From the NCBI RefSeq assembly GCF_048260185.1, contig NZ_JBLXHB010000004.1, positions 88,622 to 152,621 on the forward strand: a stretch of DNA of 64,000 bases, in the 5' to 3' direction. Positions within the stretch are counted from its first letter, which is position 1. Each line of letters opens with the position of its first letter. The position numbers were made by a program, and so were the translations under genes. Positions 16,801-25,183 of the stretch are shown here, in pieces. The notes below the pieces were generated by a model. That model was not told the origin of the DNA and ran no database searches. It saw only the letters and a list, made by a program, of their open reading frames with translations. This stretch comes from Idiomarina sp. Lineage in GTDB: Bacteria > Pseudomonadota > Gammaproteobacteria > Enterobacterales > Alteromonadaceae.

Positions 16801-18193
16801 CCTGAAGGCCTCTCCACCCACCAGGGCCGTAACGTTCAGCGTAGGCGTAAAGAGCTTGATTTCGCTGCGTCTGCGTTAACGACTCTGGATCGCCTTCATT
16901 TAGAAGTACAGCAGGCTCATGGTCCCGCAAGAGTTCAAATATCCCGTTTTCTTTCAAGGCTAACCATCCAGCGACTGGCCGCTTGGACGGCTTAACGATC
17001 ATTTTGCTTTTGGTCTCAGCGAAGATAATCCGCTTGAGGGCTCGAAACGGCATGCCATGTTTTCTAAGCGCTATTAGCCGCTCGGTAGCAAGATACTCCG
17101 CGACCGAACGATGATGAAAACGCACTCTGCCATATGAAGCGAAACCAAATAGCGGACGCTCCAGCAGTGCCTTTCGTTCGTTCGGTTGCCAATCGGATAG
17201 GATTACCGCGGGATCAAGAGCTGCCTCTTCGTTAATAGCATCGGACTCTGCACTATGACGAATAGTTAGACGACGTGTCATCTGAACTGCAAGCGCGAGT
17301 CGGCTAGCTCCCTCAATTGCCTTGTCGACAGACAATTCCGCTGGTTCAGGTCTGTATTCGCGAGGAAGTAACTTCACACGAACATTCGTATCGACCTGAT
17401 CGTGATGTGTTCGGATGCGTTTATGCTTACTCCAGTCTGCGCATAACTCAATAAGATCCTGAGGTCTGCGTGCAAACTCTAGGGCATTTCGACGTAGTAA
17501 GTCTTCAAAAAGAAGGTCAGGATGGCTCACTCCCTCATGCCGACAAAAATCGACTATCTGCTCGTCCGACAGCGGCATTAAGCCTACAGACCGCCAATCG
17601 GGCGATTCATTTGGGTTGCTATTGTTATGTTGCTCCCGATGCTCACGCATTGCGATCTTTGCAAATGCATCTTCATTGGATTCCGAAGACGGAGCTGGAG
17701 GAACAGGTAATACACTTCGGACCAGCTGTTCGTCGAAGGGGATTGGTCGTGACGTGATGACGATTCGCGCCCGGTGAAGTTGACCTCCAATACGCTTTTT
17801 CAGTCGCTTAAGCGCGCGTTCAAACGAACCCATCGTCAATTTTAGTTCATCAATCGAGTCCAAAAAAAATGTCGCTATTTCATACTGTGAGGCAAGCCAA
17901 GCATCCAAGCGGGCTTCTTCGTCTACATCTAACAGGCTGACAAGGTCTTCTGTTGCCAATGCGGCTAATTCAACGAAGAATGCAGGCTCTCCCTCATCCC
18001 AAAGGCGCTTTGACTGTTTACGGCATTCGTAGGTTTTTCCTGCCCCAGCCTCGGAAACTATCAGTATACGTTTTGACTGAAGCAAATCATCCCATGTATT
18101 TCCCCGTGACCAGCCCAATCCGACTAAAAAAGACTGTTCGTCGGCATCGGTGACCTTCCCTTCAGGAATATCATTGAAAATCCGTTCTACCAT
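13889..18193 (-). CDS. NACHT/STAND-type P-loop NTPase (1434 aa) with long helical C-terminal region and terminal PD-(D/E)xK-like motif
   Basis: Walker A VSEAGAGKTY, Walker B FFLDSIDEL and IVITSRP follow the NACHT order, starting ~45 aa from the N-terminus. About 900 aa of helix-rich sequence follow. Near the C-terminus, ETDIRL...AVIELKLG...QLVRKY gives a D...ExK...Q..Y arrangement. The gene is visibly more G+C-rich than its neighbours. Confidence 0.7.
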   Translation of the reverse strand: MVERIFNDIPEGKVTDADEQSFLVGLGWSRGNTWDDLLQSKRILIVSEAGAGKTYECRKQSKRLWDEGEPAFFVELAALATEDLVSLLDVDEEARLDAWLASQYEIATFFLDSIDELKLTMGSFERALKRLKKRIGGQLHRARIVITSRPIPFDEQLVRSVLPVPPAPSSESNEDAFAKIAMREHREQHNNSNPNESPDWRSVGLMPLSDEQIVDFCRHEGVSHPDLLFEDLLRRNALEFARRPQDLIELCADWSKHKRIRTHHDQVDTNVRVKLLPREYRPEPAELSVDKAIEGASRLALAVQMTRRLTIRHSAESDAINEEAALDPAVILSDWQPNERKALLERPLFGFASYGRVRFHHRSVAEYLATERLIALRKHGMPFRALKRIIFAETKSKMIVKPSKRPVAGWLALKENGIFELLRDHEPAVLLNEGDPESLTQTQRNQALYAYAERYGPGGWRGLQVPHIQVHRFASNGLAKEVERIWRCGVENPDVREVLISLIEAGRIEACADIVFDITQDISATAVERIMAIDALVALADERLESISVCIADGDYLWPDRVACGAILRLFPKYMSVEQLCRTLRWIKQGKRNIGDFNWQLPILIARSSLEFPDLEELRNGFLALVSEGLTWRKEWPHITSDRAHLSEALAATCKRGLDISQDDQWLHASVVALRLHHQDHYNDESIKSLRKQLINLKAEDNERLFWVEDALLQSLHEIKDPWRRLAELTIHDGPVQLRPDRDLTWVSEALGDTTRDADERAMLLEAAIRLSPDRDTRRKHYEGLRSLIVDEPSFVQRLDDWLKPSKYEKEHLHWEKEQAEKKKQEERRKAKSRASWIQFWREVANQPEKAFSTEQSWNTAWNLWRAMSHDGADSRASGWNRRFIEEQFNQDTADKLRRVLMKIWRDDHPTFPSERSEGERNTFLVRWQLGLAAIYAEAEAPGWEAKLSDAEAELAARYAPIELNGLPKWLEDLVDTHPKAVDRTLGNEFSWQLNRSSSEQGSLNLLQVVEYAPERVACLFLPRLESWLDDGGEDINGGDDTSGMAGRVRQATRIIIKHGNAAEIKKLQEQALQRLEQQLPFSMRLVWLSTLMQIEPQEGIERLTDLVKRVEPSKRSDAVTWLAKLFGNDQDGISLRDERLTPQLLLRLLRLAYRHVRIQDDAHHEGSYSPDTRDNAEQARNSIVSALLDARGNEGLAAKIEMAADPLCAHFKDRILAVAAENWALEIDADTFDEAQAVDLDRTGEAPASTNEAMFALLKDRLSDLDELLLHDDSPREAWALISDEKIMRRVIARELKRAANSLYTVDQEAVTADEKETDIRLRSVLSKHEAVIELKLGNANRSAKELLDTIEGQLVRKYMAAEHCRAGALLITLTKDRQWHHPVEKHKIKADQLLSLLIAESDRVQQALGSDTYIHVHLLDLRPRLSTEANVK

Positions 18194-18280
18194 GCTTTTA
18201 ATGCCACCTATCAGGTTGTCTGTCTATCTTTGAATAAACGAGATACCCAGAGATTGAATAGCGATTAGCTTACTAGAAAC

Positions 18281-18532
18281 TCATTCGCCCCTTTTAAGCT
18301 CACTCATTTTGACTCGGATCTTATCAAAGCAGTCCTCACAAAAATCATAGCTGAATACTTCACCATCATGCTTTGAGCCATAACCGAATTCAGCAGTTAA
18401 CCGGGCAAACGAAGAGAATTCATCTAATCTGTCCAGGTTGTTCTTTTGAAATTCGGGTACCACGCTTTGACCACAAATGTCGCACTTAATATCGACAACG
18501 ACCTTCGTAGTCTTTTGGGCTTTCTTTCTCAT
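18281..18532 (-). CDS. small zinc-ribbon protein
   Basis: 83 aa with the paired motifs CDICGQ...CEDCFDK. Lies 12 nt downstream of the 272-aa gene and 87 nt upstream of the NACHT gene. Confidence 0.45.
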   Translation of the reverse strand: MRKKAQKTTKVVVDIKCDICGQSVVPEFQKNNLDRLDEFSSFARLTAEFGYGSKHDGEVFSYDFCEDCFDKIRVKMSELKRGE

Positions 18533-18544
18533 GGTGTTACCTTT

Positions 18545-19363
18545 TTACTTATTGATTTGTTCATAGCCATCGCCAACTTTTATAAATATCCTTCTTTTTA
18601 CCTCAAAGGGTTTATCAATAAGCGCCTGAACCGGCACAATATCGCTTATGTCGGAAATATCACCAATGTTCAGTTCAAGTGCTCCTTTTGAATTTAAGCA
18701 CTGCTTGTGAACGCCAAAAGAAATCCTAAATTCCATCTGCCATGAATATTTACAATCTTTTGTATACAAGCCGATGGGACCAGAATAATTCTCTAATGGT
18801 TTATAATCGACCAAGCCATAGCCGTCATCTAAAAGCTTAGAGCTAAATGTACCAGGTAGCTTTTTTATTGCTTTGTTTATCCGGTATGAAAACTCGCTCG
18901 GCTTGTTTATAAGTAAAACATGCGAACCGAAATCGAGAAATCGCTTATCAAAGTGTATTTTTCCATCAATTTCATTGGGGATTAAGCCATCTTCATTGTC
19001 AGCAAAAGCCCCCATGCAAAATAGCATTGTATTTTCAGGTCTTGGAAAGTGGGCAGTAAGAACTGCATCAGAGCCTAAATCAACTTCCTCATCATTAACT
19101 TTGATAGATAACGTGGCGTAACCCGAGGGGGTATTTCCTGCTCGCAATATTCCATATACTTTCTCTAACCCATCGGCTCGTAAAGCCAGACTCTCCTCAC
19201 CTTCTAAATTTGAAAAGTACTCAAGACTATTCATGTAGAGCAGGCCTTTCTGCATCTTCAAAAGCCTGTCAATTGAGGCTACTTTGAAAAGTAACCAAAA
19301 GTCCTTCCTGGGTGGCTTCGCGATAAAATTGTGAGGTGTATTTGCAGTTTTCATATGACCCAA
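18545..19363 (-). CDS. hypothetical protein (272 aa), no family recognised
   Basis: Long uninterrupted ORF, co-directional with its defence-type neighbours. The N-terminal region LLFKVASIDRLLKMQKGLLYMNSLEYFSNLEGEE loosely resembles DUF2971-like openings, but I cannot assign it. Confidence 0.5.
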   Translation of the reverse strand: MGHMKTANTPHNFIAKPPRKDFWLLFKVASIDRLLKMQKGLLYMNSLEYFSNLEGEESLALRADGLEKVYGILRAGNTPSGYATLSIKVNDEEVDLGSDAVLTAHFPRPENTMLFCMGAFADNEDGLIPNEIDGKIHFDKRFLDFGSHVLLINKPSEFSYRINKAIKKLPGTFSSKLLDDGYGLVDYKPLENYSGPIGLYTKDCKYSWQMEFRISFGVHKQCLNSKGALELNIGDISDISDIVPVQALIDKPFEVKRRIFIKVGDGYEQINK

Positions 19364-19528
19364 AATCTAGATTAAAACCCAGTTTCATCCTATCAGCTCG
19401 TAGGTTTTTAGCTAAGATTTTTAATGGGTCAAGAGGGACTTTTTCTGCCCCGTTATCACGGACGGTTAAAAATCGGGGTAGAACCCCAGTTTGCTGAAAT
19501 TTTAGGGAAAATCTAAATCGACACGAGT

Positions 19529-20389
19529 TCACTCATACCCACCATCACAATACCATTCGCTCTGCGCTAGCGCCTGAAATAAGGCGGCTTTCCATGAGTT
19601 AGCATCCACACAGGCATACTTTTCGAACTGGTCTTGTAAATGTTGCTTGATATAGCCCCTGCCCATTTCGTTTTTATATTTGCTTAAAATACCTGTGAGG
19701 CAAGATAGCTCATCAGCTGCCTCTATACCGTATCTTTTTTCTAAAGAGTAGCTTTCAAAATGCGCTAGAACTCTCGCTTTGGAGACAGGGTCCCAATTTT
19801 CCGGTGGGTTAACGAAGTATCGAATGGACGGAGGGTCAGAGCGTGAAACCTCAGCATATAACCACTGTTCATTGATTATCTGATTGGATTCGAAATACGG
19901 GTGTAACGTTTGTGTTTCTGCAGATATAGCTACAATATCTCTTTTACCAGTGTTGCAGTCTTTACATGCGGGAACTAGATTTAGAGGAGTGACCGAAAAA
20001 ATGGGGTATTTTGATTTGGGTAGGTAGTGATCTAATGTGGACGCATAGCCTAGAGCACATAAAGGGCACCTACCGTTGGGAGCCTTGGATAGTATTTTGT
20101 CATAGACCTCTCTACCGGGTCTGTTGATTCGAGCTACCTGGTTTGAATAAAGCTCTTTTAGTTCTTCCTTGGTAACATTCCCTACAACTATGTCATTGTT
20201 ATCAGAGTTATCTGCTGGAATTCTGTATAGCTCTTTTACGCTACCTAGCTGGGCATAGTTATATGAAGCCTGTCCAATGCTTGGTGAAACTTCCTCAAGC
20301 CTGCCACAAAGTTGCTCATCTCGGTATCCACGAGCACATCTCTGGAAGAAAGCCTCAGCATTATCAACTGGCGGTATTATTGTTCTCAT
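19529..20389 (-). CDS. ptuB: HNH endonuclease, Septu PtuB-like
   Basis: CPLCALGYASTLDHYLPKSKYP...NLVPACKDCNTGK is a CxxC...DH...N...CxxCN HNH signature. It starts 6 nt after the ATPase gene ends. Confidence 0.65.
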   Translation of the reverse strand: MRTIIPPVDNAEAFFQRCARGYRDEQLCGRLEEVSPSIGQASYNYAQLGSVKELYRIPADNSDNNDIVVGNVTKEELKELYSNQVARINRPGREVYDKILSKAPNGRCPLCALGYASTLDHYLPKSKYPIFSVTPLNLVPACKDCNTGKRDIVAISAETQTLHPYFESNQIINEQWLYAEVSRSDPPSIRYFVNPPENWDPVSKARVLAHFESYSLEKRYGIEAADELSCLTGILSKYKNEMGRGYIKQHLQDQFEKYACVDANSWKAALFQALAQSEWYCDGGYE

Positions 20390-20395
20390 AATTTG

Positions 20396-21955
20396 CTAGT
20401 TTTTATCTCTACTGTTTATCAAGGAGCGGAGCAACGCTTTACCTTCAAACCCGATTTGTCCGTTGAACGAGGTCTCAATTTGCTCATACGACTGACCTTT
20501 CGATACTAGTGAATTAAATAGTTCTAAATATCCTGATTTAGAGACTTCTAGCCCGAAAACGTCTCTAGTTAAGCGACCAACATTCTCTGCGAAAGTTTCT
20601 ATCTCTGGTCGGGAAATATCAAATATGCCTCTCTTTCGCCTTATAACGGAAACACATAATTGCGGAACTTCTTGTAAGACTACAGGAGAATGCGTAGCGA
20701 CTATAGCGACGCCGTTTCTGTTTAAAAGTAAGTCTGATAACGCTCGTGTGAATGCGGACAAAAGTGGCGGATGCAAGTGACTTTCTGGCTCATCAAGAAA
20801 AACTATAGTTTTTTCTTCAACTGACTCAACGAGCTTAGTCATTGTAAGCAAGACTATTGAATGGCCAGAGCTCATTCGATGAAAAATAGAGTATGCTTGC
20901 TGGTTAAAGCGGGTACGATCTTGTTTGTATAAATCAACAAGTTGATTTAACTGCATCTCTTCAAAGTTTAAGTCCGACTCGAGTTTTTTTATTGCCTCTA
21001 ACCAGCGGGCCTCTTTAGCAGACAAGGATAAGCACCTATCTAGGCTAATAACGAAGTCGGAAGCTAGTTCATTTTTTGTTTTCAGGCTCCGCGTCTCTGC
21101 ATTGGAGTCTTTATTGGTTTTTTGAAGACCAATATATTTGTACCTCATGCCGCCCGAGGAGCTTTGCTGGTCCTCGGGCGGTTCGAAGGCGTCAAAAGCG
21201 CTAAAAGATACAGATACTACCCCGGCAAAATAATCCTCATCTAGTTTAGTTTCTAACGGAAGAAAGTTGCCATTACTATAAAATGCACCAGGAATCTTGG
21301 CCTCATCTTCCTCCCTAGCTAACAATGAACTGAGCATATTATTTATGAGCGTTGTCTTCCCCACACCATTTCGGCCGATTAATATATGAACGTTTGAGCT
21401 TGGCATTGACTTAGGTTCTACCTGAAAGGAGAGTTCGACTGCTGAAAAGCCCCCGCTAGCAGCTTGTTTATATGAGAAATCGTACTCACTCAAAGCTGCG
21501 TCGCCCTTAATAATTCTTTGGAACTGATTAGAGATCGTCGAATGGTTTACCATTCTCATTAAAGATGTATTAAATGAATCTTCACTTTCGACGTGTTTAA
21601 GTAATTCGGGGTAATAAATCACGTCTCTTAACGCGGTTAGGGTGTATTGAGCAAGCTCTTGAGGAACTTCCTCCATTAGAGCTTTGTAATAATCTGCGTC
21701 CTGGCCTAATGAAAAGAAACTCTCTGGAAGTTGCTCGAAATGGCTTTCGATGCTTTCTGCTGTTGCTCCTTCCTTTTGTCCAAAAAAGCCAATTTTCACA
21801 CTCCCTACGTCATATCGGTTTGACTCTGAGTCAAAGATAGTGAGTGAGAATAATGTCTTAAAACCGAAATCGTCCCAATTGTCAGCTTGCAAGATTATCT
21901 GGCTTTTCGCGTCGTTAGGTATAGAGGTGCGAGAATTTAGTTTTCGAATGTACAT
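20396..21955 (-). CDS. ptuA: ABC/AAA15-type ATPase, Septu PtuA-like
   Basis: 519 aa. Walker A LIGRNGVGKTTL, signature-like SSGHS, Walker B IVFLDEPESHLHP and a D-loop/H motif (VATHS). The ~190-aa N-terminal extension is as seen in the PtuA/OLD-like ATPase class. Confidence 0.65.
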   Translation of the reverse strand: MYIRKLNSRTSIPNDAKSQIILQADNWDDFGFKTLFSLTIFDSESNRYDVGSVKIGFFGQKEGATAESIESHFEQLPESFFSLGQDADYYKALMEEVPQELAQYTLTALRDVIYYPELLKHVESEDSFNTSLMRMVNHSTISNQFQRIIKGDAALSEYDFSYKQAASGGFSAVELSFQVEPKSMPSSNVHILIGRNGVGKTTLINNMLSSLLAREEDEAKIPGAFYSNGNFLPLETKLDEDYFAGVVSVSFSAFDAFEPPEDQQSSSGGMRYKYIGLQKTNKDSNAETRSLKTKNELASDFVISLDRCLSLSAKEARWLEAIKKLESDLNFEEMQLNQLVDLYKQDRTRFNQQAYSIFHRMSSGHSIVLLTMTKLVESVEEKTIVFLDEPESHLHPPLLSAFTRALSDLLLNRNGVAIVATHSPVVLQEVPQLCVSVIRRKRGIFDISRPEIETFAENVGRLTRDVFGLEVSKSGYLELFNSLVSKGQSYEQIETSFNGQIGFEGKALLRSLINSRDKN

Positions 21956-22220
21956 TAAAAGGACCGTAGCAGTTATTGCTTAATTGTTTGATACTGTATT
22001 TGTAAAGAAGCTTGATAGCAAACAAGCTTCTGGGAAAGCTTTATTACGCTCTTGAGGATTACCTTGGCTCTACTCGTAGCGCATGAGTTAGTGTTTTTTC
22101 TGTGGCCTGACGACTGAATCGGCACTAGCTCACTAGACACTCAGTAGCCGTTTTTGGAGTGTTTAGATAATTCAAAAGCAGTAAAAATCAACAATCGGGC
22201 TAAGGTTGAAGTTTAATCCA

Positions 22221-23372
22221 CTAGTCTTCCGGCCACATCAAATATGGTTCTGCGTAAGTAAATTTTGAATGATCTAGAGCTATGCTGTGCCGTCTGTAAA
22301 AGTCAGACTCGGGCCCGTTGAAATCAGATAAAGCTTTCATCTTCTGATTAGTAGACATTTTTCTAATTATTCTTAAACGCTTGCTATAATTGGAAATTCC
22401 CATACCTGCTAGGTAGTCTATTAGTATCAGAAGATTTAGCTCGCACCGACGTGTTAAACGTACATCGGCTCTAGTAGGGATAATAGCTAAATTTGCAAAA
22501 CAGCTCGTGTATTCGCAGTCGTGACATTTCGATGTTTGACTTTTATAGGCTTTTTCGGTTATGGCTCCCCGGTTGATAGCACCAGAATCTAAGTGTTTGA
22601 CTTTAGATGACTTATTAAAGAAGTCCGTGAATCCTTGATGCTTATTTTCTTTTGCTGAGTAATATATTTTTTTCATCATGTATGGTTTAGTGACGAAGCT
22701 TACTGAGCCGTATTGCGCACCAAGTAACTCCTTTGAAAAAAGTTTGAAATTCTGTGTGACCCAATTTTTAAAGTCGTTAACCAAACAGGGAAGGAAGTAG
22801 TCATTAATGTGTTTCTGCGAATCTTTTTGGGGGGCTAGAATATAGCCTGCTTTATAATTAAGGCTTTCGTAATCCTCAGGGTGTTCCCCTTTCAATATAA
22901 AGTTTAGAGCAGCAACGGCTTGTTCTCGGTTATTCGCTTTAGCAATATGAAGTTTCATATTGTGAATTGAGCAATATGAGTTTTGATACCAGTCAATACT
23001 AATTATCCCATATCCAAAATTCTGAATATAGTTTTTGATGCATTCAAGACAGTAGGTTATAGGGAACGTTCTTTGTCTGGCTCCTATTTTTCGCTTATTT
23101 ATGCCAAAAAATCTTTCTAGTTCATCCCGGTAAGAAGCGGGATTACCGAAAATATCATTTGTTTTATGTGCCAAGCCAAAGTCTCTCAATAAGTTCAGAA
23201 ACTTTAAATCATCAACTGGCTTATATAGATGCAAAGAGCCTTTTAATATTTTAGGTGATGCAGCCCAGAGACCCTTACTTGTAATGATATTGGAAAAACT
23301 CGAAACTCCATTTACCATATGAGTACGGAAAACATAACTGTGGATAGATTCTTTTTTTTGAATCTTTAGCAA
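22221..23372 (-). CDS. second, short TniQ-like target-selector candidate
   Basis: 383 aa. The N-terminus (ESIHSYVFRTHMVNG) and the Cys/His cluster YCLECIKN...YCSIHNMKL parallel the TniQ/TnsD zinc-finger region of the adjacent 521-aa protein. It occupies the position of tnsE or a second tniQ. Confidence 0.5.
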   Translation of the reverse strand: MLKIQKKESIHSYVFRTHMVNGVSSFSNIITSKGLWAASPKILKGSLHLYKPVDDLKFLNLLRDFGLAHKTNDIFGNPASYRDELERFFGINKRKIGARQRTFPITYCLECIKNYIQNFGYGIISIDWYQNSYCSIHNMKLHIAKANNREQAVAALNFILKGEHPEDYESLNYKAGYILAPQKDSQKHINDYFLPCLVNDFKNWVTQNFKLFSKELLGAQYGSVSFVTKPYMMKKIYYSAKENKHQGFTDFFNKSSKVKHLDSGAINRGAITEKAYKSQTSKCHDCEYTSCFANLAIIPTRADVRLTRRCELNLLILIDYLAGMGISNYSKRLRIIRKMSTNQKMKALSDFNGPESDFYRRHSIALDHSKFTYAEPYLMWPED

Positions 23373-23573
23373 AAAACATTCCTCAAAAGCAGATTGGTGG
23401 AACGGTTTAACATTGGTAAATGAACATTTATCTAGAGCTATAAAAGCGCGTAGGGTCTATCAACGCTGGATGTCAATATAAACAAGTTTTCCGCAAGTTT
23501 CTTTTGTTATTGCTTGAGAGCTACTGAAATTTAGCAGGAGAACGGCAAAACTTAAACAGCTTGGTCTTTGATA

Positions 23574-25139
23574 TTATGGCTTGTTAAGCTTTTGGAGCTC
23601 TAACATTGTGAGAGGCAGTTTGTGTAGCTTCCGTGTTAGCCAACCATGCCCGCCTAGCATCCTATCTATATGGGTACGCGAAATTTTTCCATCGCAATTA
23701 GTTAAAATGCCTTTAACTTGTGGAGCTAGCTCGAGGTCACGTTTTTTCCAGTCGACTTTTGGGGGTAATTTAGGCTTTGTTGGCTTCGGCAATGTTTGAT
23801 TGAGCCAATCTCTCTCATTCGCATAAAGCCAATAAAAAGCTGAATAACAACTCTTTTTAATTTGTTCTCGGGTGGCTGAGTGATTCATTTGCATCGCTCT
23901 CAGTACTGTTGCTTTATAACATCGTCTTTTTGATTGGTATTTATATTGTCTTCTTCTTACGACTAGACCTTCTTCGGAGGATATGATTTGCTCTACACTA
24001 CCAGTTGATATGCGTAACTCGTTGGCAATTTTCTGGCGGTGAAACCCTTTATATGCCATTGATATCACGGCTTTTATAACTTTTTTATTAATCAGCCTCG
24101 GCCTAAGGCTTATCGCGACATTATTCTTTATTGCTAAAGCTTTCAAATAGCACCTACTTTTTCCTGTAATTTCGCTTACTTTAGCCATTGATTTCCCTTG
24201 CTTTAAAAGGCTCAGGCACAGTTTAGACTTATCCTTGTTAATTGGTTTCTCCTCAGTTGTACTGATTTGATATTTATCGAAGTCAGGTAGCTTATTATTT
24301 AACCAAAATAGTATCAGTAGATACTTAAAGGGGTGTTGGCATACCGATCCTGATAATAAATAGGAAAGGTACCGGTAGTCTTGCTCAGAGACTGGTAACA
24401 AACCAGTTGAAGTACGTTTTAAGCCCATTGCAAAATGAAAAAAGTCTGATGTTAACTGTTGTCTCTTGAATCGCGTTTCGCCACACATGTACCCAAGGTC
24501 TTTTAAGCGCTCTAAGAGGTTGGGCAGACTAAAAAATTCATTTGATAAAGAAATATGATGTATGTAATTTTTCGTAAATTTTGCGAGTTTGAAGCTCATC
24601 TCTTGGCATTCTTCGAATTTTTCAGAACATTTGGGTAATAGGAGTGGTTTTATGTGCGGTCTAGCAGGGAGTCCCTGGTGCATAAGCCAGACTTTATGCT
24701 CCGAACATGCTTCTATTCCAGGTATTTGGTGAACTCGATGCCAATATGTAACCCCGAATTGTCTTATGTCGTTATTGGCACACACAGGACAGTATTTTAA
24801 AGATAATAACTCCGATTCTTTGAAGGTAACTAGTTGAGATGCTCTAATCGCCGCAGTCCCGTTGTTTCGAAGAAGTGCGTTTGAAATTGATTGAGCATGT
24901 TGGGGTAAAAAGTACGAAAAAAAACTTCCTAGTGTTTGTTCTTGATAAATTTTAAATATTGAATCTTTACATATGCTGGCCGCTTTAGTGATACCTACAG
25001 TCAAGTATGGGTGAATACTTGCACGGGGCTTATTTAGTAGGGCTTTAAGGTAGTCACACTCTGTCATTCCTAGAATGGTCATATGCCGGACATAACGACT
25101 AAATAAAGTTTCGTCAGGTAATGGTGAGGGAAGCTGCAT
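23574..25139 (-). CDS. tnsD: TnsD/TniQ-family target-site selector
   Basis: 521 aa. The TniQ N-terminus is MQLPSPLPDETLFSRYVRH and the CCCH zinc finger is CPVCANN...WHRVHQIPGIEACSEH. C-terminal HTH-like repeats are present. It lies directly downstream of tnsC. Confidence 0.8.
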   Translation of the reverse strand: MQLPSPLPDETLFSRYVRHMTILGMTECDYLKALLNKPRASIHPYLTVGITKAASICKDSIFKIYQEQTLGSFFSYFLPQHAQSISNALLRNNGTAAIRASQLVTFKESELLSLKYCPVCANNDIRQFGVTYWHRVHQIPGIEACSEHKVWLMHQGLPARPHIKPLLLPKCSEKFEECQEMSFKLAKFTKNYIHHISLSNEFFSLPNLLERLKDLGYMCGETRFKRQQLTSDFFHFAMGLKRTSTGLLPVSEQDYRYLSYLLSGSVCQHPFKYLLILFWLNNKLPDFDKYQISTTEEKPINKDKSKLCLSLLKQGKSMAKVSEITGKSRCYLKALAIKNNVAISLRPRLINKKVIKAVISMAYKGFHRQKIANELRISTGSVEQIISSEEGLVVRRRQYKYQSKRRCYKATVLRAMQMNHSATREQIKKSCYSAFYWLYANERDWLNQTLPKPTKPKLPPKVDWKKRDLELAPQVKGILTNCDGKISRTHIDRMLGGHGWLTRKLHKLPLTMLELQKLNKP

Positions 25140-25183
25140 GATCAGTCCACAAATTAATTTTGTTGTCTATATTTTAGACTACT

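Noticed and set aside
19269-19532. 87-aa ORF bridging the ptuB stop and the 272-aa gene start
   Set aside because: It overlaps both neighbours and has an odd composition (MNSCRFRFSLKFQQ...) with no motif. It is most likely a non-coding spacer.
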